From an uncultured Candidatus Saccharibacteria bacterium (lineage in GTDB: Bacteria; Patescibacteriota; Doudnabacteria; UBA920): a DNA stretch of 64,000 nucleotides. The stretch is taken from the NCBI GenBank assembly GCA_964650255.1, contig CAZYQT010000004.1, positions 6,501 to 70,500 of the forward strand, written 5' to 3'. The notes under the pieces were generated by a model. That model searched no databases. It had not been told where the DNA came from and saw nothing but the letters and a program-made list of their open reading frames with translations. This document shows positions 56,220 through 64,000 of this stretch, one piece after another (position 1 is the stretch's first letter; each line of letters begins with the position of its first letter). The translations under genes were made by a program, and so were the position numbers.

Positions 56220-57437
56220 TTATGCAGGTTCGACTGATCCGCGCTTCCACTTATGTAAAACCGCAAGACCAATAATCATAAAGACGGTCATTGATGCCAT
56301 AGCGATTCGATATGAAGTCGGATGACTACCTAGAGTCAATAGAATACCACCCCAAGTTAATGGACCCACAAAAGTGGCAAAGCGTTCGGCAATAGTGTAA
56401 AAAGAAAAACCATAACCTAATTGTTCCTTCGGCAGAACCGTACTCAAATAAGAACGAGTCACGGTCCATACCGAACCAATCAACAAACCACTAATTGAGC
56501 CCATGGCTACAAACATTACAAAAGTGGATGATAAAGCTAGTAATGGAATCACAAGAATCCACATAAGTAAAATTATTTTCAAAGTCTTCAACGCACCGAT
56601 CTTATCTCCTAGCCAACCAGCGATAATACCACCAACGGCTGAACCAAGTAAAATAACCATTAATAAAATTGATTTAGTGGTGTCTGCGGTATGGAAGACT
56701 CGCTCCATATATATCGAGTAGTTATTGCTAATAGTTAGCAAAGCGTCATTAAAAAAGAAGAACGCGACCAACATTGGAGTTGCAGCAGAGACTGCAAAAA
56801 AAGCAAACATCTTTTTAAGATAGGATTTAGTTTCTGCTTCTATATTTTCTTTCGACTCTTGTGTATTGGCTTCTCTCGGAGATTCTTTGTAAAAAATCAT
56901 CATTGGTAAAGCGAGCACAAAGAAGACTCCCACTGCTGGCAATAGCGGAGCCAAATGTGAATGCGCTAATGGCAAACTCATCGCAATGCCGAGAATCAAA
57001 CCCATGGTGTTAGCAAATTGACCAATACCTGAAGCGCGAGTACGATGAGCTTCATCAGCAATTTCTGTAAGCAGCGGATTATAAAAAACAAATGACAACT
57101 GGTAGAAATACTGTCCGACCAAAAATAGTAAAGCAATAATCCAAACATTTATTCCATGACCAGCGAGCACAGCAACCAAACCGTAACCAATAAATGTTCC
57201 AATAGTTGCAATGTTGACCATGCGCTTTCGACCGCCATGCTTATCAGTATGAGCAGCTAAAGGCGGTGCGGTGAGTAGCAAGATAATTGTAACAATGGCA
57301 AAAATAGCGTTATACCAAAAATCAGAAAAGCCAGCATCGATAACTATCCACTGCGCAAAATAAAGAACAAAGTTAATGTAAATAAACGAATTGGCAAAGT
57401 CGTACAGAGCCCAAAAAAACAATTGTTTTTTGTTCAT
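56220..57437 (-). CDS. MFS transporter (UMF1/ATG22-like)
   Basis: WALYDFANS, 12 TM, GWLGDKIG. Confidence 0.88.
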   Translation of the reverse strand: MNKKQLFFWALYDFANSFIYINFVLYFAQWIVIDAGFSDFWYNAIFAIVTIILLLTAPPLAAHTDKHGGRKRMVNIATIGTFIGYGLVAVLAGHGINVWIIALLFLVGQYFYQLSFVFYNPLLTEIADEAHRTRASGIGQFANTMGLILGIAMSLPLAHSHLAPLLPAVGVFFVLALPMMIFYKESPREANTQESKENIEAETKSYLKKMFAFFAVSAATPMLVAFFFFNDALLTISNNYSIYMERVFHTADTTKSILLMVILLGSAVGGIIAGWLGDKIGALKTLKIILLMWILVIPLLALSSTFVMFVAMGSISGLLIGSVWTVTRSYLSTVLPKEQLGYGFSFYTIAERFATFVGPLTWGGILLTLGSHPTSYRIAMASMTVFMIIGLAVLHKWKRGSVEPA

Positions 57438-57880
57438 GTGGTTAATTTAATAAACTCACTTCTTAATTTCATCCAAATTTTGCCCATTTTATTTTGACCC
57501 GAGCCGTCTTTGCCAGTACCCCAATAGCTGTCGGTCTCGCTCACTTTTAGCAATTCCCTATCTCTGGTCTCAGTTAAGACTTTGAGGATGTCTGGATGCT
57601 GATTTATTTTAGCACGAAACAATTCTTCCATGACTGCCTCTTTATCAAAATTTTCAATTAACAAATTCAAATCTACCTTATGTCTCTGTGCAATTGCCCA
57701 AGCTTCTAGCGGACTAGTTGCGTTCTTGATACTATCCCTTTCCGCCCCTGGTTTTATTCGCGCGCACTGGTAAGCATGTTCAACTGTTGCAAACTTTTCG
57801 CCCCAAATCGAAATTTGATGTGCAGAAAATGGCGACAAATAGTTAAACCGGTTTTCTAGAAAATTGATGGGTTTGTCCAT
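57434..57880 (-). CDS. NADAR (YbiA) family protein
   Basis: LSPF, TVEHAYQ, KINQH, DSYWG, GQNKMGKIWMKLR. Confidence 0.9.
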   Translation of the reverse strand: MDKPINFLENRFNYLSPFSAHQISIWGEKFATVEHAYQCARIKPGAERDSIKNATSPLEAWAIAQRHKVDLNLLIENFDKEAVMEELFRAKINQHPDILKVLTETRDRELLKVSETDSYWGTGKDGSGQNKMGKIWMKLRSEFIKLTT

Positions 57881-57922
57881 ACCTCCATAATATCAAAAAC
57901 TCGCACTAAGGGCGATTCACTA

Positions 57923-58180
57923 TTATTTATCAATTTCAAACACCTTTCGCTTAGATGTTTTCCCAGACACTAATTTAATCAAACTCTTTGGCACTTTAAA
58001 GTAGCTAGCCAATGCCCTTACAATAGCATCGTTGGCTTGCCCGTGGATTGGCAGTTCTTTTACCGCAACTATATATTCAACAAGATCTGGCGTATCTTGC
58101 TCAAAACCCAAAGCAGGCTGACTTACCCTCTGAACCTTCTCTTCTCTGGAATTTGGTTTAGACTTTACGACAATCTTCAT
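57923..58180 (-). CDS. DUF167/YggU family protein
   Basis: VKSKPNS, PIHGQAN, GKTSKRK. Confidence 0.85.
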   Translation of the reverse strand: MKIVVKSKPNSREEKVQRVSQPALGFEQDTPDLVEYIVAVKELPIHGQANDAIVRALASYFKVPKSLIKLVSGKTSKRKVFEIDK

Positions 58181-58557
58181 TGCAACTTCCTGCGAGCCAA
58201 ACTTTTGGATATCTGCTCATGATTTAAACCAAAATGATGGCCAATCTCATGCCAAACAGTATCAGCTACCTGTTTCCTGATAATTTCAGGGTCTGATGAT
58301 ATAGCTAAAAGAGGTTTTTTAAAAATAGTAATTTTGTCAGGTAAAGCCATGAAGTAATAATTACCTCGAGCGCTTTGTGGCACACCTTCATACAGCCCCA
58401 ACAACGTGCGATGTTTATCGAGGTTCATTAATTTGCGCTGACGTGGAGTGGGCTCATCTTCAATAACAAAAGCCAGATTACTCAGCTTGTCGCGAAAAAT
58501 CTCCGGTATTGCACCTATGCCATCTAAAACTAATTGTTCGAATTCTGAATCATCCAT
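58177..58557 (-). CDS. Zincin_1 minimal metallopeptidase
   Basis: LLGLYEGVP, PDKITIF, HEIGHHFG. Confidence 0.9.
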   Translation of the reverse strand: MDDSEFEQLVLDGIGAIPEIFRDKLSNLAFVIEDEPTPRQRKLMNLDKHRTLLGLYEGVPQSARGNYYFMALPDKITIFKKPLLAISSDPEIIRKQVADTVWHEIGHHFGLNHEQISKSLARRKLQ

Positions 58558-58630
58558 AGATATTATATGAGTACTATAACAAAAACTCGCCCTTCAGGCG
58601 ATTTTAAGAGAAAAGACGAAAGTATCAACC

Positions 58631-59170
58631 TTAAGAAAAAACTATTTGCCTTGTCTGCCGCTGAGAAAAATGTATGACTAATTCAAACGCACAAACCAAA
58701 ATGGCTAAATAAGCCAAATCGCCTATCAACATGTTGCGAAAAAATGGTAACCCGAGCTGATATGCAAACAAAAGTCCAGCAAAATTCTTTTCGTACCAAG
58801 GCGAGAACATCCATACTGCTGCATTGGTCACTAGAAAAAAGAATACTGATGAACCCATCACCGATAGTCCCCCGACCAATACTGAACCGGATTTTGTTGT
58901 CATCCACGCCAGAAAACCGATTGCCAAAAATGACCCATAGACTGTAAGCATAATTGGCCAAGAATAAAATCCAATCATTAAATCAGATATAAACATAACT
59001 GATACGGGCAATATAACCGCCCAGCGTTTTCCTAGATACAACCCTCCCACAAAAGCAATGGCAGTAACAGGGGTTAAATTTGGTAAATGAGGCATTGATC
59101 TAATCAACACACCAAATACAACCAAAGCCACCGCTGTAAGAAATATTGTTTTATTATTTTTAAAATGCAT
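58631..59170 (-). CDS. ECF S-component-like membrane protein (CbrT/DUF6580-like), probable cobalamin uptake
   Basis: PHLPNLTPVTAIA, FFLVTN, GLPFF; about 6 TM; last gene of the nrdJ operon; start MHFK at 59170. Confidence 0.7.
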   Translation of the reverse strand: MHFKNNKTIFLTAVALVVFGVLIRSMPHLPNLTPVTAIAFVGGLYLGKRWAVILPVSVMFISDLMIGFYSWPIMLTVYGSFLAIGFLAWMTTKSGSVLVGGLSVMGSSVFFFLVTNAAVWMFSPWYEKNFAGLLFAYQLGLPFFRNMLIGDLAYLAILVCAFELVIHFSQRQTRQIVFS

Positions 59171-59174
59171 AAAT

Positions 59175-59618
59175 TTATTGCGTTGATTTGCCAAAATACC
59201 AATCCACAGAATCACCGTTTTTTAGTTTATATTGATCTGCGCCAACCTGTGGCATAACACCATTTACTTTATATTGCCAATATTCATCAGTCGTTCCATT
59301 GCTTAAATTACCCATCCCAACGACCAAAGTACCCATACCGGAATATTCTTTAGTAACCAGCTTTATTTCAGGATTAGATCGGTTGAGAGAGTTCAGCAAA
59401 TCTAACAAACTTGAATTTTCAGCAATAGTGACCGGTTTGTTCTGAAATAGACCCTCAACGGTCAAATTAACATTCAGAGTTTGGGGGGTACGCACTTCCT
59501 GTAAATTTTGACTGTCTGACGAAGCGTCTTTTTTTATAATTTGTGGTGCTCCAAAAATTAAAGCCGCTACTATGACAGCAATTCCTAGAAATGGTAAAAG
59601 TGTTTTTTTGTTCATCAT
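59175..59618 (-). CDS. DUF4430 (transcobalamin beta-domain-like) membrane-anchored protein
   Basis: N-terminal TM; YWQYKVNG.MPQVGADQY.LKNGD.V.W. Confidence 0.8.
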   Translation of the reverse strand: MMNKKTLLPFLGIAVIVAALIFGAPQIIKKDASSDSQNLQEVRTPQTLNVNLTVEGLFQNKPVTIAENSSLLDLLNSLNRSNPEIKLVTKEYSGMGTLVVGMGNLSNGTTDEYWQYKVNGVMPQVGADQYKLKNGDSVDWYFGKSTQ

Positions 59619-59622
59619 TGTT

Positions 59623-60180
59623 TTAATTAATTCTATACGAAGGAGAGACTTCTGCAGCGTTTTCTAACTCAGCGGAATAACGAGCTAAAACATAGAGCAG
59701 GCTAGACAACCGATTAAGATATGCCATTGTGGATTCGGATAATGTTCGAAAGTTCCTTGAATTAATTACTGCTCGCTCAGCCCTGCGAGATAAAGCCCTT
59801 GCATAGTCGCACAGTGCTGATGTAAAGTTTGCCCCAGGTATTACAAAGCCATTAGGTTTTACAATAATCTTCTCCATGTAATCAATGGTGTCTTCTAACT
59901 CATCGACATGGGCTTTTGTCAGGGTTTTGTCTGCACCAGCTAATTCTGCTTGAACTAAAAATAAACACTCTTGAACCTTAAGTAACTCAGGAAGCACTTC
60001 TCCAGATATTCCAGGAGACATTCCGTTACAAATTGCTTTACTTGCTCTGCACAAACCTAACAAAGAATTAAGTTCATCAAGAGTTCCGAGAGCTTCGTAA
60101 ATTGGGCTATTCTTTGGAAACCGATCTCTAGTTCCAAACAAACCCGATGTTCCAGTATCACCTTTGCGAGTGTATAACAT
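59623..60180 (-). CDS. pduO: ATP:cob(I)alamin adenosyltransferase, PduO type
   Basis: YTRKGDTG, GTLDELNS, FVIPG, RRAER, YLNRLS. Confidence 0.93.
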   Translation of the reverse strand: MLYTRKGDTGTSGLFGTRDRFPKNSPIYEALGTLDELNSLLGLCRASKAICNGMSPGISGEVLPELLKVQECLFLVQAELAGADKTLTKAHVDELEDTIDYMEKIIVKPNGFVIPGANFTSALCDYARALSRRAERAVINSRNFRTLSESTMAYLNRLSSLLYVLARYSAELENAAEVSPSYRIN

Positions 60181-60182
60181 AA

Positions 60183-62528
60183 TTATGTGGTTACTTTAGT
60201 CTTATCAACAGTAATAACTTCCATAGATGGGATGATTTCTATTTCACAAGCACCACCTGCACAAGCCAGCTCCCGTTTTTGTTCCGTTTCGTCGGTCCGT
60301 TCATAAATTAACAGTTTAGAATAATCGATATCCGGGAATGCTGCGCTTAATTCCTCAAATCGCTTTTGGTCAATTGCCTCATACGGGGCTAATTGATATA
60401 CATGATCGAACCTTGGTAAAAAAGACAACCCGCCAATAATATCCCAATTTTTTTGCAGCCAATCCACTACCCCAACCCACTCATCTTCACCAATTGAAAT
60501 GGTTGCTGACGGATTATGCTCAGTGTAATTAAGTTTCACTGTTTTCCAATATTCTAATTGCTCCAAGGCAGTGAAGTCGTCTTTGAATTTTGCTTTGCCT
60601 GGTGATTGAACTGGAAATTCTAAAACATAGGTGGTGGCATTATCTGGATTTTGTCCAACTTCGGGATAATAAGGCACCCCTTGATCACGCAGCATCTTAA
60701 ACAACGAGTCTGTAGCTGAGATGCGAACGCGGCGAATATAATATTTTGAGTGTCGAGGATGAATTCCTGAAGAACAATTAAAGGTTTGCGATACTGTACC
60801 CGAAGGTTTAACAGCAGTAACTGCCAGTGCTGGGTTAATACCAAATCGCTTAGCGTACTCCTCATTTGTTGTTATAGCTATTTCCCTCATATCTGAAAGG
60901 GTTTTTGGGTCACGAGCTGCGCTAGAGTCCCATTGACCAGTAACCGACACGCCGAGCAAGGACTCTGCGCGGCAATGTTCAGCCCATTCTTTTGAAATAT
61001 AATTAAACTTAGTAAGCGAGGCTTGATAGGTTCCTAAAATCGCAGCCAAACGGGTTTTGCGAATAAGGCTGTCATGAGTATCATCTGCGCGAGCAATAAC
61101 TTCGGTAAGATTGCAAAACTGTTTAGACTGCAAAATGATTTCTCCACAAGGATTTGTGCCAATGGGTCCGGTAACCACTCCATCGCTATTCAAAAATCCT
61201 TTGGTTTGGAAATACTTTGCTCTACGCTTTGGTAATGTGGTGTGGAGAAAGCCGCGATTAAAAATCCCGCGTTCCCCAGACCCACTTTTCATCAGTGCCA
61301 ACCACTCTTCCATAAGTTCAGTATTAGTAGGACGATTTTCGTAGACCGCGGAATTATTAGCAACCATGCGATGAGGATCTGACAAAAAGAACTGCCCTTT
61401 TTTGGCATCTCGTAATTCGATGTCATCAAAGTCAGACAAACTAATCATAGCGGTACGACGCACGCCACCGGCAACAACACACTCGCCTATTTTACAAATA
61501 ATATCATGGGCATCTATTGGACGCAGTCTCCTACCTTGACGGCGTAAAATCTTCTCCCTCGAGAATTGCAACAATGATCGTAACGGCTCTGGACCAGATG
61601 CTTTACCACCCATCACCTTCAAGCGAACTCCTGCTGGTCGAATTTGAGAAAAATCAAACTCAATATCTTTACCGTCATACCAGGTCTTTAATCCTGCAGT
61701 TAAGGCATCGCACCAACCCTCCTTTGAGTCACCGACTACGAAGGTTGTAATATGGCCATTAGTTTGTTTTTTTATTTGTGGTAGCTGCTCAATATTCTCA
61801 CTTTCAACTGCAAAACCCACACCGCAACCCTGCATTGATAAATACATAATTTCGGCAAAGTCTTCTATTTTCGTTGGAGCTATGAAAGTACAGTTATAGG
61901 CACAAGCGTTACATCGGCGGGCTGGCTCGCCAGAAAACTGCATCAGTCGCATAGAAGGCATAACCTCTTGACTTAAAATCGCTTGGCGCAGGTCTACATA
62001 TTCAGATTCACTTAACTTGTTAGCTAAATTTTCTTTCATAAAGGAGATGTACCGATCAACTGTTTCTATCCAGGTCTCCCGTCGATTTTCAGATTCAATC
62101 CACCGCGCATATGAACGCAAATAGATAAATTCGCCTAATGGGTTGTTAACAAAATATTTTTTACTTTCCGCGTTAAGTAATCGTACATGCTCGGGTACGT
62201 CTCCGTGCTCTAATCGTTCCTGCTCTCTTTCTGCTCTATAGAGAATATAAGCCTTGGCGGTAGCAGTAAATCCTTGGTGCATTAATTCCTTTTCCACTTC
62301 GTCCTGCACCCCCTCAACACTCGCTGTAAATTCAACATCCACTGTCTTTTTCGCGATTAATTCCTTAGTAACAGCGACGGCAACTACCTGAGCTGATCTA
62401 TCATTAAATTCTCCTGCCGCCTTCATTGCTTTAGTGACTGCGGTGACAATTTTTGCTTGATCAAATGGAACTAGATTGCCATCACGTTTACGGATGTTGA
62501 TAAGTTGACCTTCATTTACTTGCTTCAT
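60183..62528 (-). CDS. nrdJ: Class II (adenosylcobalamin-dependent) ribonucleotide reductase with ATP cone
   Basis: ATP cone IRKRDG; YNC, TNPCGEI, KPSGT, C-terminal CAGGAC; pduO adjacent and no R2 gene. Confidence 0.92.
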   Translation of the reverse strand: MKQVNEGQLINIRKRDGNLVPFDQAKIVTAVTKAMKAAGEFNDRSAQVVAVAVTKELIAKKTVDVEFTASVEGVQDEVEKELMHQGFTATAKAYILYRAEREQERLEHGDVPEHVRLLNAESKKYFVNNPLGEFIYLRSYARWIESENRRETWIETVDRYISFMKENLANKLSESEYVDLRQAILSQEVMPSMRLMQFSGEPARRCNACAYNCTFIAPTKIEDFAEIMYLSMQGCGVGFAVESENIEQLPQIKKQTNGHITTFVVGDSKEGWCDALTAGLKTWYDGKDIEFDFSQIRPAGVRLKVMGGKASGPEPLRSLLQFSREKILRRQGRRLRPIDAHDIICKIGECVVAGGVRRTAMISLSDFDDIELRDAKKGQFFLSDPHRMVANNSAVYENRPTNTELMEEWLALMKSGSGERGIFNRGFLHTTLPKRRAKYFQTKGFLNSDGVVTGPIGTNPCGEIILQSKQFCNLTEVIARADDTHDSLIRKTRLAAILGTYQASLTKFNYISKEWAEHCRAESLLGVSVTGQWDSSAARDPKTLSDMREIAITTNEEYAKRFGINPALAVTAVKPSGTVSQTFNCSSGIHPRHSKYYIRRVRISATDSLFKMLRDQGVPYYPEVGQNPDNATTYVLEFPVQSPGKAKFKDDFTALEQLEYWKTVKLNYTEHNPSATISIGEDEWVGVVDWLQKNWDIIGGLSFLPRFDHVYQLAPYEAIDQKRFEELSAAFPDIDYSKLLIYERTDETEQKRELACAGGACEIEIIPSMEVITVDKTKVTT

Positions 62529-62545
62529 AATCGTAAATATTATAT

Positions 62546-62587
62546 ATTGATAGTGGTCTATTCATTATAATATAGATGGTCATCTAT
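62546..62587. promoter_or_regulatory. Tandem 7-2-7 inverted repeats, candidate ArsR operator
   Basis: Perfect ATAGATG-GT-CATCTAT (62572-62587) and degenerate ATTGATA-GT-GGTCTAT (62546-62561) in the divergent gap. Confidence 0.65.
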
Positions 62588-62927
62588 GAACAAGAAAAAA
62601 ACTGGGGATAAAACCCAAACCACTTACCCACGCCCTAAATGGGTGCCGCAAACCGTCTCCCAAGAGGAAGAGCTTTGCCCAGATTGCTTCAAAGTTGTTG
62701 GCGAAAGAAGTCGATATAAGCTAGTGTGTATGCTCGGAAAGACCAAAACCGGCATGACCGTTGGTGAATTGACTGAGAAAATGAATTTGCGACAGCCTAC
62801 TGTCACCCACCACCTGCAAACTTTGCAATCTGTGCAGGCCGTCCATAGCGAACAGCGCGGTCGGGAGCGAATCTACACCCTCAACCGCAAGGCGCACTGT
62901 TTTGAGGAATGCAACATCCCATATTAA
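62586..62927 (+). CDS. ArsR/SmtB-family regulator, Cys-rich
   Basis: MTVGELTEKMNLRQPTVTHHLQTL, RGRERIY; CPDC at N-terminus and HCFEEC at C-terminus. Confidence 0.9.
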   Translation: MNKKKTGDKTQTTYPRPKWVPQTVSQEEELCPDCFKVVGERSRYKLVCMLGKTKTGMTVGELTEKMNLRQPTVTHHLQTLQSVQAVHSEQRGRERIYTLNRKAHCFEECNIPY

Positions 62928-62935
62928 AACTTAAT

Positions 62936-63109
62936 ATGAAAAAGTCTCGGAGGAAATATGCAAGACGAAAAAATAACGACTGCGAACATCTGCCTGAAGA
63001 TTGCACTACATGGACATCCAACTCAGCATCGGGCTGCGGTGGCGTTCAAGATAGAAAGCTAACTACTTGCAATAAATGCGGCTCACTCGTCCAGTCAATT
63101 CAGGTTTAA
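62936..63109 (+). CDS. 57-aa basic Cys-rich protein
   Basis: CEH...CNKC; ATG 8 nt after the ArsR stop. Confidence 0.45.
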   Translation: MKKSRRKYARRKNNDCEHLPEDCTTWTSNSASGCGGVQDRKLTTCNKCGSLVQSIQV

Positions 63110-63155
63110 TTATAATTAAAAAACAGGGCAATTCTCTTTCGAAAATTTCCCTGTT

Positions 63156-63548
63156 TTAATTTTTATTAACCTTGGTGACCACAGCCCGGGTAGATTCGCG
63201 CGTTTTCCGTGGCGGCCTAATTGTAAATGAAGCCTGTTTAGCCATTTCCAGAATGTGCGCTAACTGTTCACTTTTGTCTGCAAAATGCTTGCGGTCATCA
63301 GTTTCGCTCTCATCACCTTTTAATATCGGCTTAGCCTTCTGAACAAATTCATTCAAATTATTAGACAAATCTACATACTCAGATTTACCATTTACCAACC
63401 CTAGCAGCATAGCAATTACCTCATCTTCTAGATTGCGGTACTCGATTAACAGATCATTCATGCCAGGGTTAGCAAAAACATCCGGGAGTTCATCCAGGTG
63501 ATATTTGCGTAATTCCGTATATATTTGCTCTTTTTGGACTGCTGACAT
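63156..63548 (-). CDS. Hypothetical helical protein
   Basis: 130-aa ORF, TATACT 6 nt before ATG. Confidence 0.65.
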   Translation of the reverse strand: MSAVQKEQIYTELRKYHLDELPDVFANPGMNDLLIEYRNLEDEVIAMLLGLVNGKSEYVDLSNNLNEFVQKAKPILKGDESETDDRKHFADKSEQLAHILEMAKQASFTIRPPRKTRESTRAVVTKVNKN

Positions 63549-63633
63549 ACATGCAGTATACTCCTATGTCTAAGATATAGATAGCCCTTTTAAAATACTC
63601 GTATTTATTTAAGCCAAAAAGTTTTGGAACCCA

Positions 63634-63870
63634 TTATTTTGTATTTTTTGGAAAGACGATATCAATCAACTCTTCCCTATGCCCACCACGACTTTTTGAG
63701 CCGGGTGCAGAAATATCAATATCAATCGTGTGATTATCATCGGATACTCTCACAGTGGAAATGGCTGCATCAGAACCCAACAACCACTCTAATTCATTGG
63801 CACTAGTCGAGAAGTGCTGTTTTTTAGGGAAGTGTTGTGTTTTTCGCTTTTCAGCATGCAAAGTTGTCAT
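63634..63870 (-). CDS. Hypothetical protein
   Basis: AAGGGA SD before ATG at 63870. Confidence 0.5.
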   Translation of the reverse strand: MTTLHAEKRKTQHFPKKQHFSTSANELEWLLGSDAAISTVRVSDDNHTIDIDISAPGSKSRGGHREELIDIVFPKNTK

Positions 63871-63908
63871 ATAATTCCCTTTCAATATATTAATGATAAA
63901 AATTTTAG

Positions 63909-64000
63909 CTACGCCCTCTGCCTAAATTTTAAATTTGATGACTCTGAGTTAGAGTCTGCTGTGACTCGACCTGAACTAATGGAGTTAAGAACACGAGTGC
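63909..64000 (-). CDS. Possible 3' end of a gene entering from beyond the window
   Basis: Open frame ...TRVLNSISSGRVTADSNSESSNLKFRQRA ending at TAG 63909. Confidence 0.3.
   Translation of the reverse strand, partial: TRVLNSISSGRVTADSNSESSNLKFRQRA

Noticed and set aside
62529-62585. Cobalamin riboswitch upstream of nrdJ
   Set aside because: Only 57 AT-rich nt with no B12-box
1079-63806. Numerous 60-190 aa ORFs nested in or antisense to recognised genes
   Set aside because: No motifs or start signals; expected shadow ORFs
1-64000. CRISPR array, cas genes, reverse transcriptase/DGR/retron, transposase, integrase, prophage genes, rRNA
   Set aside because: No regularly spaced repeats or diagnostic motifs seen by eye; short degenerate repeats could have been missed
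1-64000. Alternative genetic code (UGA recoded as in Gracilibacteria/SR1)
   Set aside because: Conserved genes are full-length under code 11 and TGA serves as stop in ATGA overlaps

Overview
A 64 kb chromosomal segment of a small-genome bacterium using standard code 11. Gene content (archaeal-type non-discriminating AspRS, TGS-less ThrRS, many ORFans, very compact intergenic regions) points to Patescibacteria/CPR; this is an inference. The backbone is housekeeping: rodA, dnaE, thrS, two adk-like genes plus map, cysS, dnaB-recR, lgt, aspS, scpAB, trhO, galE, lexA, rplJL with an L10 leader, ppa and leuS. Accessory content includes an AT-rich defence island at tRNA-Glu(CTC) (Type III R-M, two zeta-like kinases, HAD, HNH remnant), an ECF sigma/anti-sigma locus with a readable promoter motif, a DUF11 adhesin with a PxTG tail, and a B12-dependent RNR operon (nrdJ, pduO, B12-binding protein, S-component) facing a Cys-rich ArsR. 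The most striking unannotated signals are: (1) two miniature transcriptional T-box riboswitches (thrS, aspS) with ultra-short K-turn Stem I, the cognate codon in the apical loop, and no recognisable S-turn Stem II; (2) three stand-alone structured RNA candidates; (3) a sigma70 region 4 / RNAP alpha-CTD fusion protein; (4) a two-tier expression grammar, with apparently leaderless genes often behind fused terminator-promoter cassettes versus ORFans with full -35/-10 promoters and strong SD. All family calls come from motif recognition by eye; no database searches or folding programs were run.
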